A stretch of DNA of 64,000 bases, taken from an uncultured Ruminococcus sp. (lineage in GTDB: Bacteria; Bacillota; Clostridia; Oscillospirales; Acutalibacteraceae). The DNA is taken from assembly GCA_900543095.1 (NCBI GenBank), contig UQQD01000001.1, positions 41,836 through 105,835 on the forward strand. Reading direction: 5' to 3'. How positions within the stretch are numbered: the stretch's first letter is position 1; the number at the start of each line of letters is the position of its first letter. This document shows, one piece after another, positions 1-11,004 of this stretch. A program made the translations under genes and the position numbers. The notes under the pieces were generated by a model, which saw only the letters and a list, made by a program, of their open reading frames with translations, was not told where the DNA came from and did no database searches.

Positions 1-1
1 C

Positions 2-442
2 GGCGATGTTGAAATCACAAAAAAAGCCGCTGAAGAACTGCTGAAAATTTGTCCCGAACACGATGTTGTTGTAACTGCCGAAGCAAAGGGAATTCCGCTT
101 TGTTACGAAATGGCTCGACAGGGCTGTCAGAATTACGTCGTTGCACGCAAGGGCGTAAAGGTTTATATGCGTAATCCTATTGAAGTACAGGTCCACTCGA
201 TAACCACTCAAGATGACCAAGAGCTTTATTTGGGCGAAAATGATGTTGAGTTTTTGAAAGATAAGCGTGTGCTTATTGTTGATGATGTTATTTCAACGGG
301 TGAAAGCCTGAATGCGCTTGAAAACCTTGTTGCACAAACCGGTGCAAAAATTGTCGGCAAGGCTGCCGTGCTTGCAGAGGGCGACGCAAAGGAAAGAAAA
401 GATATAATTTATCTTGAAGAGCTTCCGCTGTTCTTTAAGTAA
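2..442 (+). CDS. Type I phosphoribosyltransferase, 5'-partial (purine/xanthine PRTase-like)
   Basis: The frame is open from the window start. It contains the PRPP-binding motif VLIVDDVISTGESL. Confidence 0.6.
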   Translation, partial: GDVEITKKAAEELLKICPEHDVVVTAEAKGIPLCYEMARQGCQNYVVARKGVKVYMRNPIEVQVHSITTQDDQELYLGENDVEFLKDKRVLIVDDVISTGESLNALENLVAQTGAKIVGKAAVLAEGDAKERKDIIYLEELPLFFK

Positions 443-457
443 TTTACGGAGAAATTT

Positions 458-2638
458 ATGAAACGACTGCTTGGACTGCTTGGACTGATCTACCTTTTTG
501 TTCTTGCGGTCGTTTTTTATTGTTATAGTGCTGCGATTTTGTGGACGGTTGTTATTCTTTCAGTGTTGGCAACGGTTGCAGGATTATTTTTTAAAGTAAT
601 TAAAAGCCGCTGTAAGATATTCAATTATATAATTGCGGTCGGGATTACTTCATTGTGTGCCGTTATATCTGTAATTCTTTATACGAACATTGTATATCTG
701 CCTGCGATTAATGATTATTCCGATAAGGAATTAAGTGTCAGCGGCTATGTTTGTGACGAGGTGCAGAGGACTGAAACGTCTTTTAGCTGTACAATACTTG
801 CAGACAAGATAAACGGCGGCGATGCAAATATAAAAATCGGACTTGTTTCATATTCCGATCAGCGGCTTGAGGATTTTGACCGCATAAAAGCAACGATAAA
901 GCCGAGTACAAACGAAAACGATTATATGAAAAGCAAGGGTATATTCCTATCAGTTTATGACGGCGATTTTGAAATAGAAAAAACAGGAGAAAAACAATTT
1001 TCGCCTTACGCTTGCGCTGTAGCCGTGCGAAAAACGCTTAAAAATTCACTTGACAGTCTGCTTTCGGATAATCCGTCGTCTTTGTGCAAGGCTGTTTTGC
1101 TCGGTGACAAAAAAGCACTTTCATATGATGTCAAGAACAGCTTTACAAAAACCGGAACCTCATTTTTGATAGTGGTGTCGGGAATGCACCTTGCAATCGC
1201 GACAGGATTTATTCTTTTTATATTCAAAAAGTTTGTTAAGAATAAAGTTGTTTTGAGCCTGATTGCCCTGATAACGGTTTTTGCCTATTGTGCGGTAACG
1301 GGCTTTACTCCTTCGGTAATGCGCTCCGGCATTATGGTGGCAATGACATATATCGGTTCGGTGTTTTTCAGACAATCCGAAAGCATAAATTCACTTGGAG
1401 TTGCCGCTCTTGCGCTGACCCTGTTAAATCCGTATGCGGTCGGCGACATAGGTATGCTGCTTTCGTTTTCGGCAACGCTTGGAATAGTGCTATGGTCAAG
1501 ACCTCTTTCGGATTATGTATCGTCAAAGCTCCGAATAAAGCATAAATTTCCGAGAGCTATTGTTGGAATGCTGTCTGTATCTGTTTCAGCTTCGCTGTGG
1601 ATAATGCCGATAGTCATACTTGAATTCGGCAGGATTTCACCGCTTGTGGTGTTGATTTCATTTATATGCGAGCCGCTTGTAAGCGCACTTTTGATATGTG
1701 CGCTCGTTGCGTCGGTGCTTTACGTCTGCCCGGTTATATCGTTTTTTGCATATCCGTTCGGACTTGCGGCAGGGGTTATAGGCAGACTTACGGTTTTTAT
1801 AGTTTCGTTTTTCGGAAATATTCCGTTCTGCTCGGTAAACGCCGATAAGCCGTACTTTTATGTTTGGCTTGCGTTGACGTCAGTGCTTGTAATTGTCGGT
1901 TATTCCGCAAAAGCAAAGCCTTTCTATGTTAAATCGGCTGTTGCTTTTTCGCTTTCGACGCTGATATTGGGCTGGGCTGTTTTTGCAATTATAAGCTATA
2001 ATACAACAACGCTCGGCGTTTATTACAGCGGCGGCGGTGTGACTGCCGCAGTCACAAACGGTTACAACGCTACCTTGATTTCCTGCGGAGGGGCAAACGG
2101 CAGTAAGGACGATGTTATTGAGAGCATTTCAAAGGATATTACGTCTTTGGATAATATAATAATTCCAAATCAGAAAAATAAGTATTCAAAATACCTTCCG
2201 GATCTTTTGGGCGAATTTGACGTTTCAAATGTTTTGGTATATGATAAGGACAGCAATACTCAGGCAATGCTTGAAGAATATGACGGCAAAAAGCGAACGA
2301 CTTTTGGCGACGATATCAGCTTTTCGCTTTTTATTAATTCGGATACAGCGGACACCGTATATACATTTGACGGCAACACGGTGCAGTATCTTGACTCAAA
2401 CAAAACGACAATGCTTTTTGTGCCGTCGGGAGCGGATGTTTCAAAGCTTCCCGATAAAGTGCGAAGTGCAGATTACCTGCTTACTGACGGATTGCCCGAC
2501 AATTATGAATTGCTCGACTGCGGTACGGTAATATATTCGGGAAAAGATGAAAAATTCAGAGAAACAGAAGATGAATTATCATTAATTTCCGAGGATATTA
2601 TTACGGTGTTTTCGGGAAAAATCAAGATAAATTTTTAA
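458..2638 (+). CDS. comEC: ComEC/Rec2 family competence channel protein with degenerate C-terminal domain
   Basis: Polytopic membrane protein with the ComEC signature SFLIVVSGMHLAI. holA follows directly, as in Firmicutes. The C-terminal domain lacks the HxHxDH metal-binding motif. Confidence 0.75.
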   Translation: MKRLLGLLGLIYLFVLAVVFYCYSAAILWTVVILSVLATVAGLFFKVIKSRCKIFNYIIAVGITSLCAVISVILYTNIVYLPAINDYSDKELSVSGYVCDEVQRTETSFSCTILADKINGGDANIKIGLVSYSDQRLEDFDRIKATIKPSTNENDYMKSKGIFLSVYDGDFEIEKTGEKQFSPYACAVAVRKTLKNSLDSLLSDNPSSLCKAVLLGDKKALSYDVKNSFTKTGTSFLIVVSGMHLAIATGFILFIFKKFVKNKVVLSLIALITVFAYCAVTGFTPSVMRSGIMVAMTYIGSVFFRQSESINSLGVAALALTLLNPYAVGDIGMLLSFSATLGIVLWSRPLSDYVSSKLRIKHKFPRAIVGMLSVSVSASLWIMPIVILEFGRISPLVVLISFICEPLVSALLICALVASVLYVCPVISFFAYPFGLAAGVIGRLTVFIVSFFGNIPFCSVNADKPYFYVWLALTSVLVIVGYSAKAKPFYVKSAVAFSLSTLILGWAVFAIISYNTTTLGVYYSGGGVTAAVTNGYNATLISCGGANGSKDDVIESISKDITSLDNIIIPNQKNKYSKYLPDLLGEFDVSNVLVYDKDSNTQAMLEEYDGKKRTTFGDDISFSLFINSDTADTVYTFDGNTVQYLDSNKTTMLFVPSGADVSKLPDKVRSADYLLTDGLPDNYELLDCGTVIYSGKDEKFRETEDELSLISEDIITVFSGKIKINF

Positions 2639-2649
2639 CGGAGGTCGCA

Positions 2650-3711
2650 ATGTCGGCTATAAATGAAACAGAACTGAAAAAGCAAATAAAATCACGGCAG
2701 TTTGCACCTGTTTATCTGATATACGGCTCTGAGCAGATGTTTGTCAGCCGCTATACCCAAAAGCTTGTTGAGGCAGTCGCAGGAAAAAATCCGCCTGAAT
2801 TTAACTATCATTCGTTTGGCGGACAGATGAATCTTGAAGAATTTGCCGCCGCAGTTCAGGTAGTACCGTTTATGTGCGAATACAACTGTGTTGTGGCAAC
2901 GGATATATTTTTTGATATGATGAAGCCGTCGGAGCTTGACGATCTTAAAGCTATAGTCGAAGGCGTTTCGGACGGTACTGTGCTTATAATTTCAATGCCG
3001 ACCTATGTTCCGAAAAAGCAGGAAAAGGCGTTTTTGTCGCTTGTCAGGACGATTGAAAAAAAGGGAGCAGTCTGCAAATTTGAAAAGCTCAGCCAATCCG
3101 TGATTGAACGCTATATAGCAAAATGGGCAAATGAAAACGGCAAGCTGGTCTCGCATATAAATGCGGCAAGGATTATCTCATATTGCGGTCAGGATCTTAA
3201 TTTGCTGAAAAACGAGGTCAATAAGCTTTGCGCCTATGCTTCGGGTGAGGAAATCTCACTTGACGATATAGACAAGCTTACAACGGTAAATAACCTTGAA
3301 ATAAAGATTTATGCGATGACCGGCGCAGTATTGAACAACGACGGTCAAAGGGCGTTTAATACTCTTAATACGCTGATGAATCAGGGTGAAAAGCCTGTGT
3401 TTATATTCAGCGCGCTCGCCTCTGCCTATGTTGACGCCTACAGGGTAAGGGTAGCCGATGAATGTGGAATAATTCAAAATGATTTTATTTCGGATTTTAA
3501 GAGTTATAAAAACAAGTCTTTTGTTCTCAGAAATGCAAGAAACGCTACGCGCAGAGTATCAACCGAGGCACTGAGAAAAAGTCTTGATGTGCTTGTAGAG
3601 GCGGAAACCACGTTAAAGACCGGTATGAAAGATATCAAAAACACATTTCAGCCGTTTATGGAACAGACCATTGCTCAGCTTTTGCTGATTGCAAAGGAGG
3701 GCAGAGTGTAG
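2650..3711 (+). CDS. holA: DNA polymerase III delta subunit
   Basis: The N-terminus YLIYGSEQMFVSRY is typical of HolA, and the gene immediately follows comEC. Confidence 0.75.
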   Translation: MSAINETELKKQIKSRQFAPVYLIYGSEQMFVSRYTQKLVEAVAGKNPPEFNYHSFGGQMNLEEFAAAVQVVPFMCEYNCVVATDIFFDMMKPSELDDLKAIVEGVSDGTVLIISMPTYVPKKQEKAFLSLVRTIEKKGAVCKFEKLSQSVIERYIAKWANENGKLVSHINAARIISYCGQDLNLLKNEVNKLCAYASGEEISLDDIDKLTTVNNLEIKIYAMTGAVLNNDGQRAFNTLNTLMNQGEKPVFIFSALASAYVDAYRVRVADECGIIQNDFISDFKSYKNKSFVLRNARNATRRVSTEALRKSLDVLVEAETTLKTGMKDIKNTFQPFMEQTIAQLLLIAKEGRV

Positions 3712-4305
3712 TTGATAAAGATAAAGGAAGCCGTTATTGTTGAGGGCAGATATGACAAGATAAAGCTTTCGTCTGTTATTGACGCCCCGATAATCGAAAC
3801 CAACGGATTCAGGGTGTTCAATGACAAGGAAAAGCAAAACCTAATCCGCCAAATTGCCGAAGCGAGAGGAATACTCGTGCTCACCGACAGCGACGGCGCA
3901 GGCTTTGTTATACGCAACTTTCTTAACGGTGTAGTTGACAAAAGCCGTATAAAGCACTGCTACATTCCTCAGATTGAGGGCAAGGAAAAGCGCAAGCCGC
4001 AAAAAAGCAAAGAGGGCTTTTTGGGTGTTGAGGGCGTTGACGACGATGTTATAATTGAGGCTGTACGCAAAAGCGGAGCAACCGTAATCGGTGAAAGTCA
4101 TAGTCAGGAACGGCAGATAACAAAGTCCGATCTTTTTTGTCTTGGACTTACAGGTTCGGAAAACGCCGCAAAAAACAGAGAAAAACTGTTGAAGCATCTC
4201 AATTTGCCTTGCTATCTTTCGACAAACGCCGTTCTTACCGCACTTAACTGCTTATATTCACCGGAAGAATTAAAATTGATTTTAATTGAATTGGAAATAA
4301 AATAA
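3712..4305 (+). CDS. rnmV: Ribonuclease M5-like Toprim domain protein
   Basis: VIVEGRYDKIKL...ETNGF...LVLTDSDGAG matches the RnmV Toprim core. Confidence 0.65.
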   Translation: MIKIKEAVIVEGRYDKIKLSSVIDAPIIETNGFRVFNDKEKQNLIRQIAEARGILVLTDSDGAGFVIRNFLNGVVDKSRIKHCYIPQIEGKEKRKPQKSKEGFLGVEGVDDDVIIEAVRKSGATVIGESHSQERQITKSDLFCLGLTGSENAAKNREKLLKHLNLPCYLSTNAVLTALNCLYSPEELKLILIELEIK

Positions 4306-4323
4306 AAAATTTATAAAGTATAA

Positions 4324-4362
4324 AAATCACCGGCTTTTCCAAAACTAAAGTCGGTGATTTTA
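4324..4362 (+). terminator. Rho-independent terminator
   Basis: Hairpin ATCACCGGC...GTCGGTGAT followed by TTTT. Confidence 0.6.
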
Positions 4363-4754
4363 TGTTAAAAATTAAGCTCAAGAATACCGTAAAATTGTTT
4401 TTGTTCGGCGGAACAGGCTACGGCTTGCTTGAAATATTATGGCGGGGAAAAACCCATTGGACAATGGTGCTTACAGGCGGAACGTGTTTTGTGTGGCTTA
4501 TAAATTTGTTCAAGAAATGTTCGGGTATGAAAATGTCAAAAAAATGTCTGCTCGGAAGCGCAGTGATAACCGCCTGCGAATTTGTATGCGGTTGTGTCGT
4601 AAACCTCAAATATAAAATGAACGTGTGGGATTATTCTAACTGCCGTTTTAATATTAAGGGACAGATATGCCCGTTTTACAGTATGCTTTGGGCACTTCTC
4701 TGTATTCCGATAAGTGCGGTTTGTTCGGTTGTATGCAAAAAAGAAAAAGGGTGA
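4362..4754 (+). CDS. Small multi-TM membrane protein (putative ABC-transporter type IV / DUF1113-like)
   Basis: 130 aa with 3-4 hydrophobic segments and a GGTGYGLLEILWRG motif. Confidence 0.45.
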   Translation: MLKIKLKNTVKLFLFGGTGYGLLEILWRGKTHWTMVLTGGTCFVWLINLFKKCSGMKMSKKCLLGSAVITACEFVCGCVVNLKYKMNVWDYSNCRFNIKGQICPFYSMLWALLCIPISAVCSVVCKKEKG

Positions 4755-6074
4755 TTATTCATCGCCCTTTCCGTCCTTCTCTTTATTTTTATCATTTTTA
4801 TCATCTGCGTTATCTGACTTTTCTTCATCAAGCTTTTTAACAACAACACGCAAAATCCTCTGATTTTTGACCTCCATAACGGTAAACCTGAAACCGTGTG
4901 CGTCAAAGCTTTCGCGCTTGTGCGGAATAGTTCCTGCGTGTTCAAGTATAAATCCGCCTACGGTTACCGAATCGCTTTCGATAGAATCCTCGTCCATATC
5001 AAAAAGTCCGAGCATATCCGAAAAGTCCATATCTCCGTTTACCAAAAATTCGTTCTTACCGATTTTGTAGTAATTGTGCTCGATCTCCTCGTCCTCGTCC
5101 CAGATGTCGCCGACGATTTCTTCAAGCAGATCCTCCATAGTAACAATACCGAGTGTTCCGCCGTATTCGTCGGTAACAATGGCAAGGTGAATTTTTGTGC
5201 GTTTAAATGCGCTCAGAATTTTTGAAAGCTGCTGTGACTTAAACACAAAGTACGGCGGTTGAATAATCTGGTCCAACTGCGGTGCTTTGCCGTCTGCAAG
5301 CGATTCAAGGTAATCTCTTGTATGCAGGATACCTATTATATTGTCGATCGTGTCCTTATAAACGGGAATTCTCGAATATCTGTTTTCAATGATAATATCT
5401 TTTATCTTGTCCTGACTGTCCTCGATGTTGATGAATGTAACGTCAACCCTCGGCGTAAGAATTTCTTCGGCGGTCGTTTCGTCAAAGTCAAGCGCAGAGC
5501 GTACCATTTCGCTTTCGCTTTCTTCAAGAACGCCTTCTTCTTCAATGCTTTCAACAATATATTTCAGTTCGTTTTCCGTAACCGACGGCTTTTCTTCCTT
5601 GCTTCCCGCTATTTTAAGAGCAAGAGTCTTAAGTTTTGAAAAAACGAATATAAAAGGTGTTAGAATTATTGTTAAAATCTTCAGAAGTCCGGCAACCTTT
5701 GCCGAATAGCTGTCACAGTGTTCCTTTGCCACGCATTTAGGCAAAATCTCACCGAAAGTAAGAACCAAAAGCGTTGTTGCACCGGTTGCAATGGCAGAAC
5801 CCATATCGCCGAACAACTTAAGACAAAGTACAGTTGCGATGGAGGAAGATGCCAAATTTACGATGTTGTTGCAAATAAGTATGGCGGTAAGTGCATTGTC
5901 AAAGTGGTTGATAATGTACAGCACGTTTTTTGCGGTTTTATCACCGTTTTCTGCTTTTTGCTGAACTCTTATTCTGTTGACAAATGAAAATGCGGTTTCG
6001 GTTGCCGAAAAGAATGCCGACAGTATAATAAGTATTGCAATAGCGACAATCATAACAACTTCTTCTGATGACAA
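4755..6074 (-). CDS. HlyC/CorC family transporter (CNNM/DUF21 TM domain + CBS pair + CorC_HlyC)
   Basis: N-terminal DUF21 TM helices with GEILPK, a central CBS pair, and a C-terminal transporter-associated domain with an acidic tail. Confidence 0.8.
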   Translation of the reverse strand: MSSEEVVMIVAIAILIILSAFFSATETAFSFVNRIRVQQKAENGDKTAKNVLYIINHFDNALTAILICNNIVNLASSSIATVLCLKLFGDMGSAIATGATTLLVLTFGEILPKCVAKEHCDSYSAKVAGLLKILTIILTPFIFVFSKLKTLALKIAGSKEEKPSVTENELKYIVESIEEEGVLEESESEMVRSALDFDETTAEEILTPRVDVTFINIEDSQDKIKDIIIENRYSRIPVYKDTIDNIIGILHTRDYLESLADGKAPQLDQIIQPPYFVFKSQQLSKILSAFKRTKIHLAIVTDEYGGTLGIVTMEDLLEEIVGDIWDEDEEIEHNYYKIGKNEFLVNGDMDFSDMLGLFDMDEDSIESDSVTVGGFILEHAGTIPHKRESFDAHGFRFTVMEVKNQRILRVVVKKLDEEKSDNADDKNDKNKEKDGKGDE

Positions 6075-6184
6075 GTGAATATCACTCCATATATAAAATA
6101 TTATATCTATATTACTATAATTCTTTTAAATAATTATTACATATAAGAAAAAAGAATAAAAAGATTGAAAAATATCGGCATAAA

Positions 6185-6290
6185 TGTTATAATCTAAGTA
6201 CAGTTGACGCTCTTTTGCAACGGTTGCAATTTGTCGCAAGCTTCAACCATGCAAGAAAACCGTAGCATTGCTCAGATTTGAATAATTTAA
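6185..6290 (+). repeat. Family-1 modular intergenic element, copy A (extended -10 + CTAAGTACAG ... TTGCAATTTGTCGCAAGC ... TTGCTCAGATTTGAAT)
   Basis: Contains the conserved 5' box TGTTATAATCTAAGTACAG, the core palindrome and the 3' box. Lies upstream of the ClpP-like gene. Confidence 0.7.
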
Positions 6291-6411
6291 AACTGTATTT
6301 AATGTGTTTTGCAAACAGAACAAAATCGGTATTTAAATTTGTATATGGCATAAAATTTAAATATACATTTTACGGCACTTTCGGGAGAAAATAAATTCCG
6401 GAGGTGTTACT

Positions 6412-7215
6412 ATGTCGCAAAAGCACAAAAACTCACACCATAACCGCAGTGATAAGGACGACTTCGTTAAAAATCCCTGCGATGACGACGTAAATTGTTC
6501 CGAGGAAAACGAAAGGTCAAATTATGACCGTATAGAAGATACCGGATCGGTGCTGACCTGCCGAAATGGCGGCGTTATTTACTGCCTTACCATAATCGGT
6601 CAGATTGAGGGACATTATATTCTTTCTCAGCAAAACAAAACCACAAAGTATGAGCACGTTATTCCGCTTCTTGTATCAATAGAAGAGGACGAGAGAATCG
6701 ACGGACTGCTTGTTCTGCTGAATACCGCAGGAGGAGATGTGGAAGCCGGACTTGCGATAGCCGAGCTTATTTCCGGAATGAAAAAGCCGACGGTTTCAAT
6801 AGTCCTCGGCGGAGGTCATTCTATCGGTATACCGCTTGCCGTAGCCGCAAAAAAGAGCTTTATTGCAAAAAGTGCTTCAATGACGGTTCATCCCGTCCGC
6901 ACAACAGGGCTTACTCTGGGCGTTTCGCAGACGTTTGATTATTTCAAAAAGATGCAGGACAGAATTACTACCTTTGTATGTGAAAACTCAAATATCACAA
7001 AAGGAAGGTATAATCAGCTCGTTTTGAATACAGGCGAGCTTGTTACCGACATCGGAACGATACTTGAGGGACAGGAAGCGGTTAAAGAGGGACTTATCGA
7101 CAGCGTCGGAACGGTGTCGGACGCAATAGATGAGCTTTATGCAATGATAGAGCAAAAAAAGGCAAACGAAAAAAAGAAAACCAAGCCCAAAAGAGAACAG
7201 GAAAAAGCAAATTAA
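6412..7215 (+). CDS. ClpP-family serine protease (TepA-like) with N-terminal extension
   Basis: LLNTAGGDVEAGLAIAELI and a GGGHSIG Ser region, within the ClpP/crotonase fold family. Confidence 0.7.
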   Translation: MSQKHKNSHHNRSDKDDFVKNPCDDDVNCSEENERSNYDRIEDTGSVLTCRNGGVIYCLTIIGQIEGHYILSQQNKTTKYEHVIPLLVSIEEDERIDGLLVLLNTAGGDVEAGLAIAELISGMKKPTVSIVLGGGHSIGIPLAVAAKKSFIAKSASMTVHPVRTTGLTLGVSQTFDYFKKMQDRITTFVCENSNITKGRYNQLVLNTGELVTDIGTILEGQEAVKEGLIDSVGTVSDAIDELYAMIEQKKANEKKKTKPKREQEKAN

Positions 7216-7218
7216 AAT

Positions 7219-7251
7219 CACCGCAGCTCCGTTTCTGGAGCTGCAGCGGTG
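7219..7251 (+). terminator. Terminator-like perfect hairpin
   Basis: CACCGCAGCTCC GTTTCT GGAGCTGCAGCGGTG directly after the stop codon. The T-tract is weak. Confidence 0.45.
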
Positions 7252-7286
7252 AATATATTACATATCGGATAAAAGGAGTACATATT

Positions 7287-8246
7287 ATGACGATTTTAGA
7301 CGCAATAATTCAGGGCATTGTGCAGGGACTTACCGAATTTTTGCCTGTATCATCAAGCGGTCATCTTGCAATAACCCAGCATATTTTAGGCACCGACGGC
7401 AACAGCAACCTTTTCTTTAACGTAATGCTTCACGTCGGAACATTAATAGCTGTAATTGCGTTTTATCACAAGCTGATATGGAATCTTATCAAAGAATTTT
7501 TCAGAATGATAAAGGATATTTTTACCGGCAAATTCAAGTGGAGTCAAATGAACTATGAGCGCAATCTGATAGTGATGCTGATAATCGGACTTTTGCCGTT
7601 GTTTTTGCTCTTTTTACCGATTCCGGGAACAGACATGAAGGTCAAGGATTTTGCCGATGTTCTTTCCGCAAGTCCCTTGCTGATAGTGCCGTCGGTTGCG
7701 CTTATCGTTACAAGCGTGCTTCTTATGGTGGGAATTATCTGCAACCGCAAAAACTCCTCCGGAAGCTTTAAACACCTTAAAAATTCGTCGGGCAGCGGCG
7801 CAGGACGTGAAAATTATACTGTCCTTGACGCTGTTTGCGTAGGTCTTACTCAGGCTGTAGCCGCAGTTTTTCCGGGACTTTCACGTTCGGGTTCAACTCT
7901 TGCTGTGGGTGAAATGAGAGGTATAAACAAGCAAAAGGCTCTTGACTATACATTTGTGCTCGCAATTCCGTCAATTCTTGCAGCGGCGCTTTTGGAGGGC
8001 GTTGACGCCTTAAAAACTCCCGGAGCGATAAGCATCGATCCGCTTATGATAATCATAGGACTTGTTGTATCGGGCGTTGTCGGATACCTTTCGATAGTTA
8101 TTTTCAAATGGTTCTTAAAATCCGATAAAATGATAATTTTTGTAGCATACACGGCTATTGTCGGCGTGGTATTCCTTGTGATTTCATTAATAGAGATGAA
8201 TACGGGTGCAAACCTCTTTACGGGCGCACCGATAGTATTTAATTAA
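7287..8246 (+). CDS. uppP: Undecaprenyl-diphosphatase
   Basis: N-terminus ILDAIIQGIVQGLTEFLPVSSSGHL and a C-terminal PGxSRSGST motif. Confidence 0.85.
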   Translation: MTILDAIIQGIVQGLTEFLPVSSSGHLAITQHILGTDGNSNLFFNVMLHVGTLIAVIAFYHKLIWNLIKEFFRMIKDIFTGKFKWSQMNYERNLIVMLIIGLLPLFLLFLPIPGTDMKVKDFADVLSASPLLIVPSVALIVTSVLLMVGIICNRKNSSGSFKHLKNSSGSGAGRENYTVLDAVCVGLTQAVAAVFPGLSRSGSTLAVGEMRGINKQKALDYTFVLAIPSILAAALLEGVDALKTPGAISIDPLMIIIGLVVSGVVGYLSIVIFKWFLKSDKMIIFVAYTAIVGVVFLVISLIEMNTGANLFTGAPIVFN

Positions 8247-8272
8247 TAGTAGAATAGTAGGAGTGATTTTGA

Positions 8273-10984
8273 TTGTCAGCAAAAAAGCAGACAACAAAAA
8301 GACAAAAATCAAATAAAAAAAGCGCTGCTAAATCTAAGCCTAAAAGAAGCAACGCACAAAGGACCGCCCAAAAGACGGCAAAGCACGGACTTAGCCCAAG
8401 GGTAAGAGCAATACTTTTCGGCACGCTTGCGGTTTTGTTTACAACAATGATTCTTGTAAAGGGCGAAAACGTCTGGACAATGATCAGAGGCTTCTTTTTC
8501 GGAGTATTCGGACTGGGGATTATTCTTGTTCCAGTATTTTTTGTGTATCTCTGTATAATTACCGAAAAAGAGCAGAATATTTCACGCCTCAGAATCAAAG
8601 TTTTGCTTTGTGTACTTACCGTGCTTTTTGCAGGCGCAACGGTTTACGTTATATGCGGAGCGCAGTTTAATACCGAGAGCAATAATTTCTTTTCCTGTCT
8701 TGGCAACCTGTATCTTCAGGCTTCGGATGCAGAAAATTACTTTAATTTCAGCTGTGGTCTGATAGGCGGTATCTTAGGCTATCCCTTAGCGGCACTTTGC
8801 GGAAATACCGCAGCGCTAATCGTGTGCATACTCTTCACGGCAGCCTGCATTTTCTTGGTTGCAAACCTTTCGATAAAAGATATTGCCGCCGCAGCCTCAC
8901 GCAAGGTCACATATGTTCGTGAGGAGGCTGAAAAGCACGCCGAAAAGCGCAGAGAAAGGCGCGAACTCAGGCGCAGACAGCCCGATGATACCGACGTTGG
9001 TTCGGCGGACTATTCTTCGAGTCAAAACACGGACGCAATAGATATTCCGCTCGATGATGTAAAGTCACGCCGCAAGAAGAAAAAACACATAAATAAAAAC
9101 ACAAGCGGCATTGACATAGATTATGTTGATGCAAGCGAGCAGAACGCCGCCGACAAGGATCTGTCGGTCGATCTGCTTAATATCATTAACCGTGCAAGCA
9201 AGCCTCTCGGAGAGGACGCAGACACCACGGTTGAGGACATTGCAGGCGATATTTCTCAGGAGAAACGCTCCAAACGTATGACCGAGGGGGCAAAACAGCC
9301 TGACCCCGAAACCGTGCCTGTTCCTCTTGATTCTGCTCAGGATAAGCCTGAGGGACTTGATGACGCAGGATACAGGGTTGACAGTCCCGAAGATGTAACA
9401 AGCCAAAAGAAGGTTTATCATTTTCCGCCGATACAGCTTTTGAAGCCCAACAACAATAATAACGACCGCTCTGCAATGGAGGAGATGCAGAATAATTCCA
9501 AAAAGCTGATCGAAACGCTCAACAGCTTTGGTGTAAACGCAAGCATAACCAATATCTGCCGAGGACCGTCGGTAACAAGATACGAGCTTCAGCCCGCTCC
9601 CGGCGTAAAGATAAGCAAAATAACCAATCTTTCCGACGATATAGCCCTGAACCTTGCGGCAAACGGCGTGCGTATCGAAGCTCCGATTCCCGGTAAGGCC
9701 GCTGTGGGTATCGAAGTGCCTAACAAGGTCGTAAGTATGGTGTCAATGCGTGAGCTTATTGATTCCGACAAATTCAGAAATTCAAAAAGCAGGCTGACCT
9801 GTGTTCTCGGACGCGACATTACGGGCGATATAGTGGTTGCGGATCTTGCAAAAATGCCGCATTTGCTTATTGCGGGTACTACCGGTTCAGGTAAATCCGT
9901 TTGCGTGAACTCGATACTGATGAGCATACTATTCAAGGCAACGCCCGATGAAGTAAAGCTGCTGCTTATTGACCCCAAAATGGTAGAATTTTCAAAGTAC
10001 AAGGGTATTCCGCATCTTCTTGTTCCCGTTGTTTCCGACGCCAAAAAAGCGGCGGGCGCACTTGCGTGGGCAGTAAACGAAATGCTTCAAAGATATAAGA
10101 TATTCTCGGAATTTGACTGCAAGGATATAGACTCCTACAACAGTCTTATTGACAAAAACCTTGATTACATATCCAAGAATCCGCCTGTTGAAAACGAAGA
10201 AGGCGAGATGATACAGCCTGTTATGGAGGTCAACGGACTCCCTGTTGCAAAGGAAAAAATGAGCCGCGTCGTTATCGCTATTGACGAGCTTGCCGACTTG
10301 ATGATGGCGGCGCCGAGTGAGGTGGAGGATTCTATCTGCCGACTTGCCCAAATGGCCCGTGCCGCAGGAATGCATCTTATTCTTGCAACCCAGCGTCCTA
10401 CCGTAAATGTAATTACGGGTCTTATCAAGGCGAATGTGCCGAGCCGTATTTCGCTTAAAGTAAGCTCAAATATGGATTCAAGAACGATTCTTGACCAGGG
10501 CGGCGGTGAAAAGCTTATCGGCAGGGGCGATATGCTCTTTGCCCCGGTAGGTGCGCCTAAGCCTATGCGTGTTCAGGGGTGTTACGCCTCCGATGAAGAA
10601 ATCGAGGGTGTTACCTCATATATCAAAAAGTCTTATTCGGCTCAGTATAACGCCGATATTGAGGAAAAGATAAAACGAATTGCCGCCGAAGAAATCGCAA
10701 ACGGCAAAAAATCGGGCGGCGGTGCATCTGCCGAGGACGACGGACTTGACGTTGACTCCAAAATGGACGAGGCAATACAGTGCGTAATTGAGGCAGGACA
10801 GGCCTCAACCTCACTTATACAGCGCAGGCTCAAGGTCGGCTACGCAAGAGCGGGACGAATGATCGACGATATGGAACAGCTCGGAATTGTAGGACCACAT
10901 CAGGGGTCAAAGCCGAGAGATGTTCTTATGACCTACAATGAATGGCTTGAACGCCGAAATGTACTTCAAAACAGATCCGAATAA
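8273..10984 (+). CDS. ftsK: DNA translocase FtsK/SpoIIIE
   Basis: TTG start with RBS. N-terminal TM segments, a Walker A (GTTGSGKSV), and a C-terminal gamma winged-helix domain. Confidence 0.9.
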   Translation: MSAKKQTTKRQKSNKKSAAKSKPKRSNAQRTAQKTAKHGLSPRVRAILFGTLAVLFTTMILVKGENVWTMIRGFFFGVFGLGIILVPVFFVYLCIITEKEQNISRLRIKVLLCVLTVLFAGATVYVICGAQFNTESNNFFSCLGNLYLQASDAENYFNFSCGLIGGILGYPLAALCGNTAALIVCILFTAACIFLVANLSIKDIAAAASRKVTYVREEAEKHAEKRRERRELRRRQPDDTDVGSADYSSSQNTDAIDIPLDDVKSRRKKKKHINKNTSGIDIDYVDASEQNAADKDLSVDLLNIINRASKPLGEDADTTVEDIAGDISQEKRSKRMTEGAKQPDPETVPVPLDSAQDKPEGLDDAGYRVDSPEDVTSQKKVYHFPPIQLLKPNNNNNDRSAMEEMQNNSKKLIETLNSFGVNASITNICRGPSVTRYELQPAPGVKISKITNLSDDIALNLAANGVRIEAPIPGKAAVGIEVPNKVVSMVSMRELIDSDKFRNSKSRLTCVLGRDITGDIVVADLAKMPHLLIAGTTGSGKSVCVNSILMSILFKATPDEVKLLLIDPKMVEFSKYKGIPHLLVPVVSDAKKAAGALAWAVNEMLQRYKIFSEFDCKDIDSYNSLIDKNLDYISKNPPVENEEGEMIQPVMEVNGLPVAKEKMSRVVIAIDELADLMMAAPSEVEDSICRLAQMARAAGMHLILATQRPTVNVITGLIKANVPSRISLKVSSNMDSRTILDQGGGEKLIGRGDMLFAPVGAPKPMRVQGCYASDEEIEGVTSYIKKSYSAQYNADIEEKIKRIAAEEIANGKKSGGGASAEDDGLDVDSKMDEAIQCVIEAGQASTSLIQRRLKVGYARAGRMIDDMEQLGIVGPHQGSKPRDVLMTYNEWLERRNVLQNRSE

Positions 10985-11004
10985 AATAGTCAGGAGGGTG
11001 AGTT

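Noticed and set aside
1006-2531. Several 60-130-aa ORFs embedded or antisense within comEC, ftsK, asnB, recG and other genes
   Set aside because: Each is fully contained in a longer conserved gene on the same or opposite strand. They have no RBS and no family resemblance.
6075-6411. Possible additional gene in the 337-bp divergent intergenic region
   Set aside because: Element copy A and divergent promoter sequence fill the gap. No ORF longer than 40 aa with an RBS is present.
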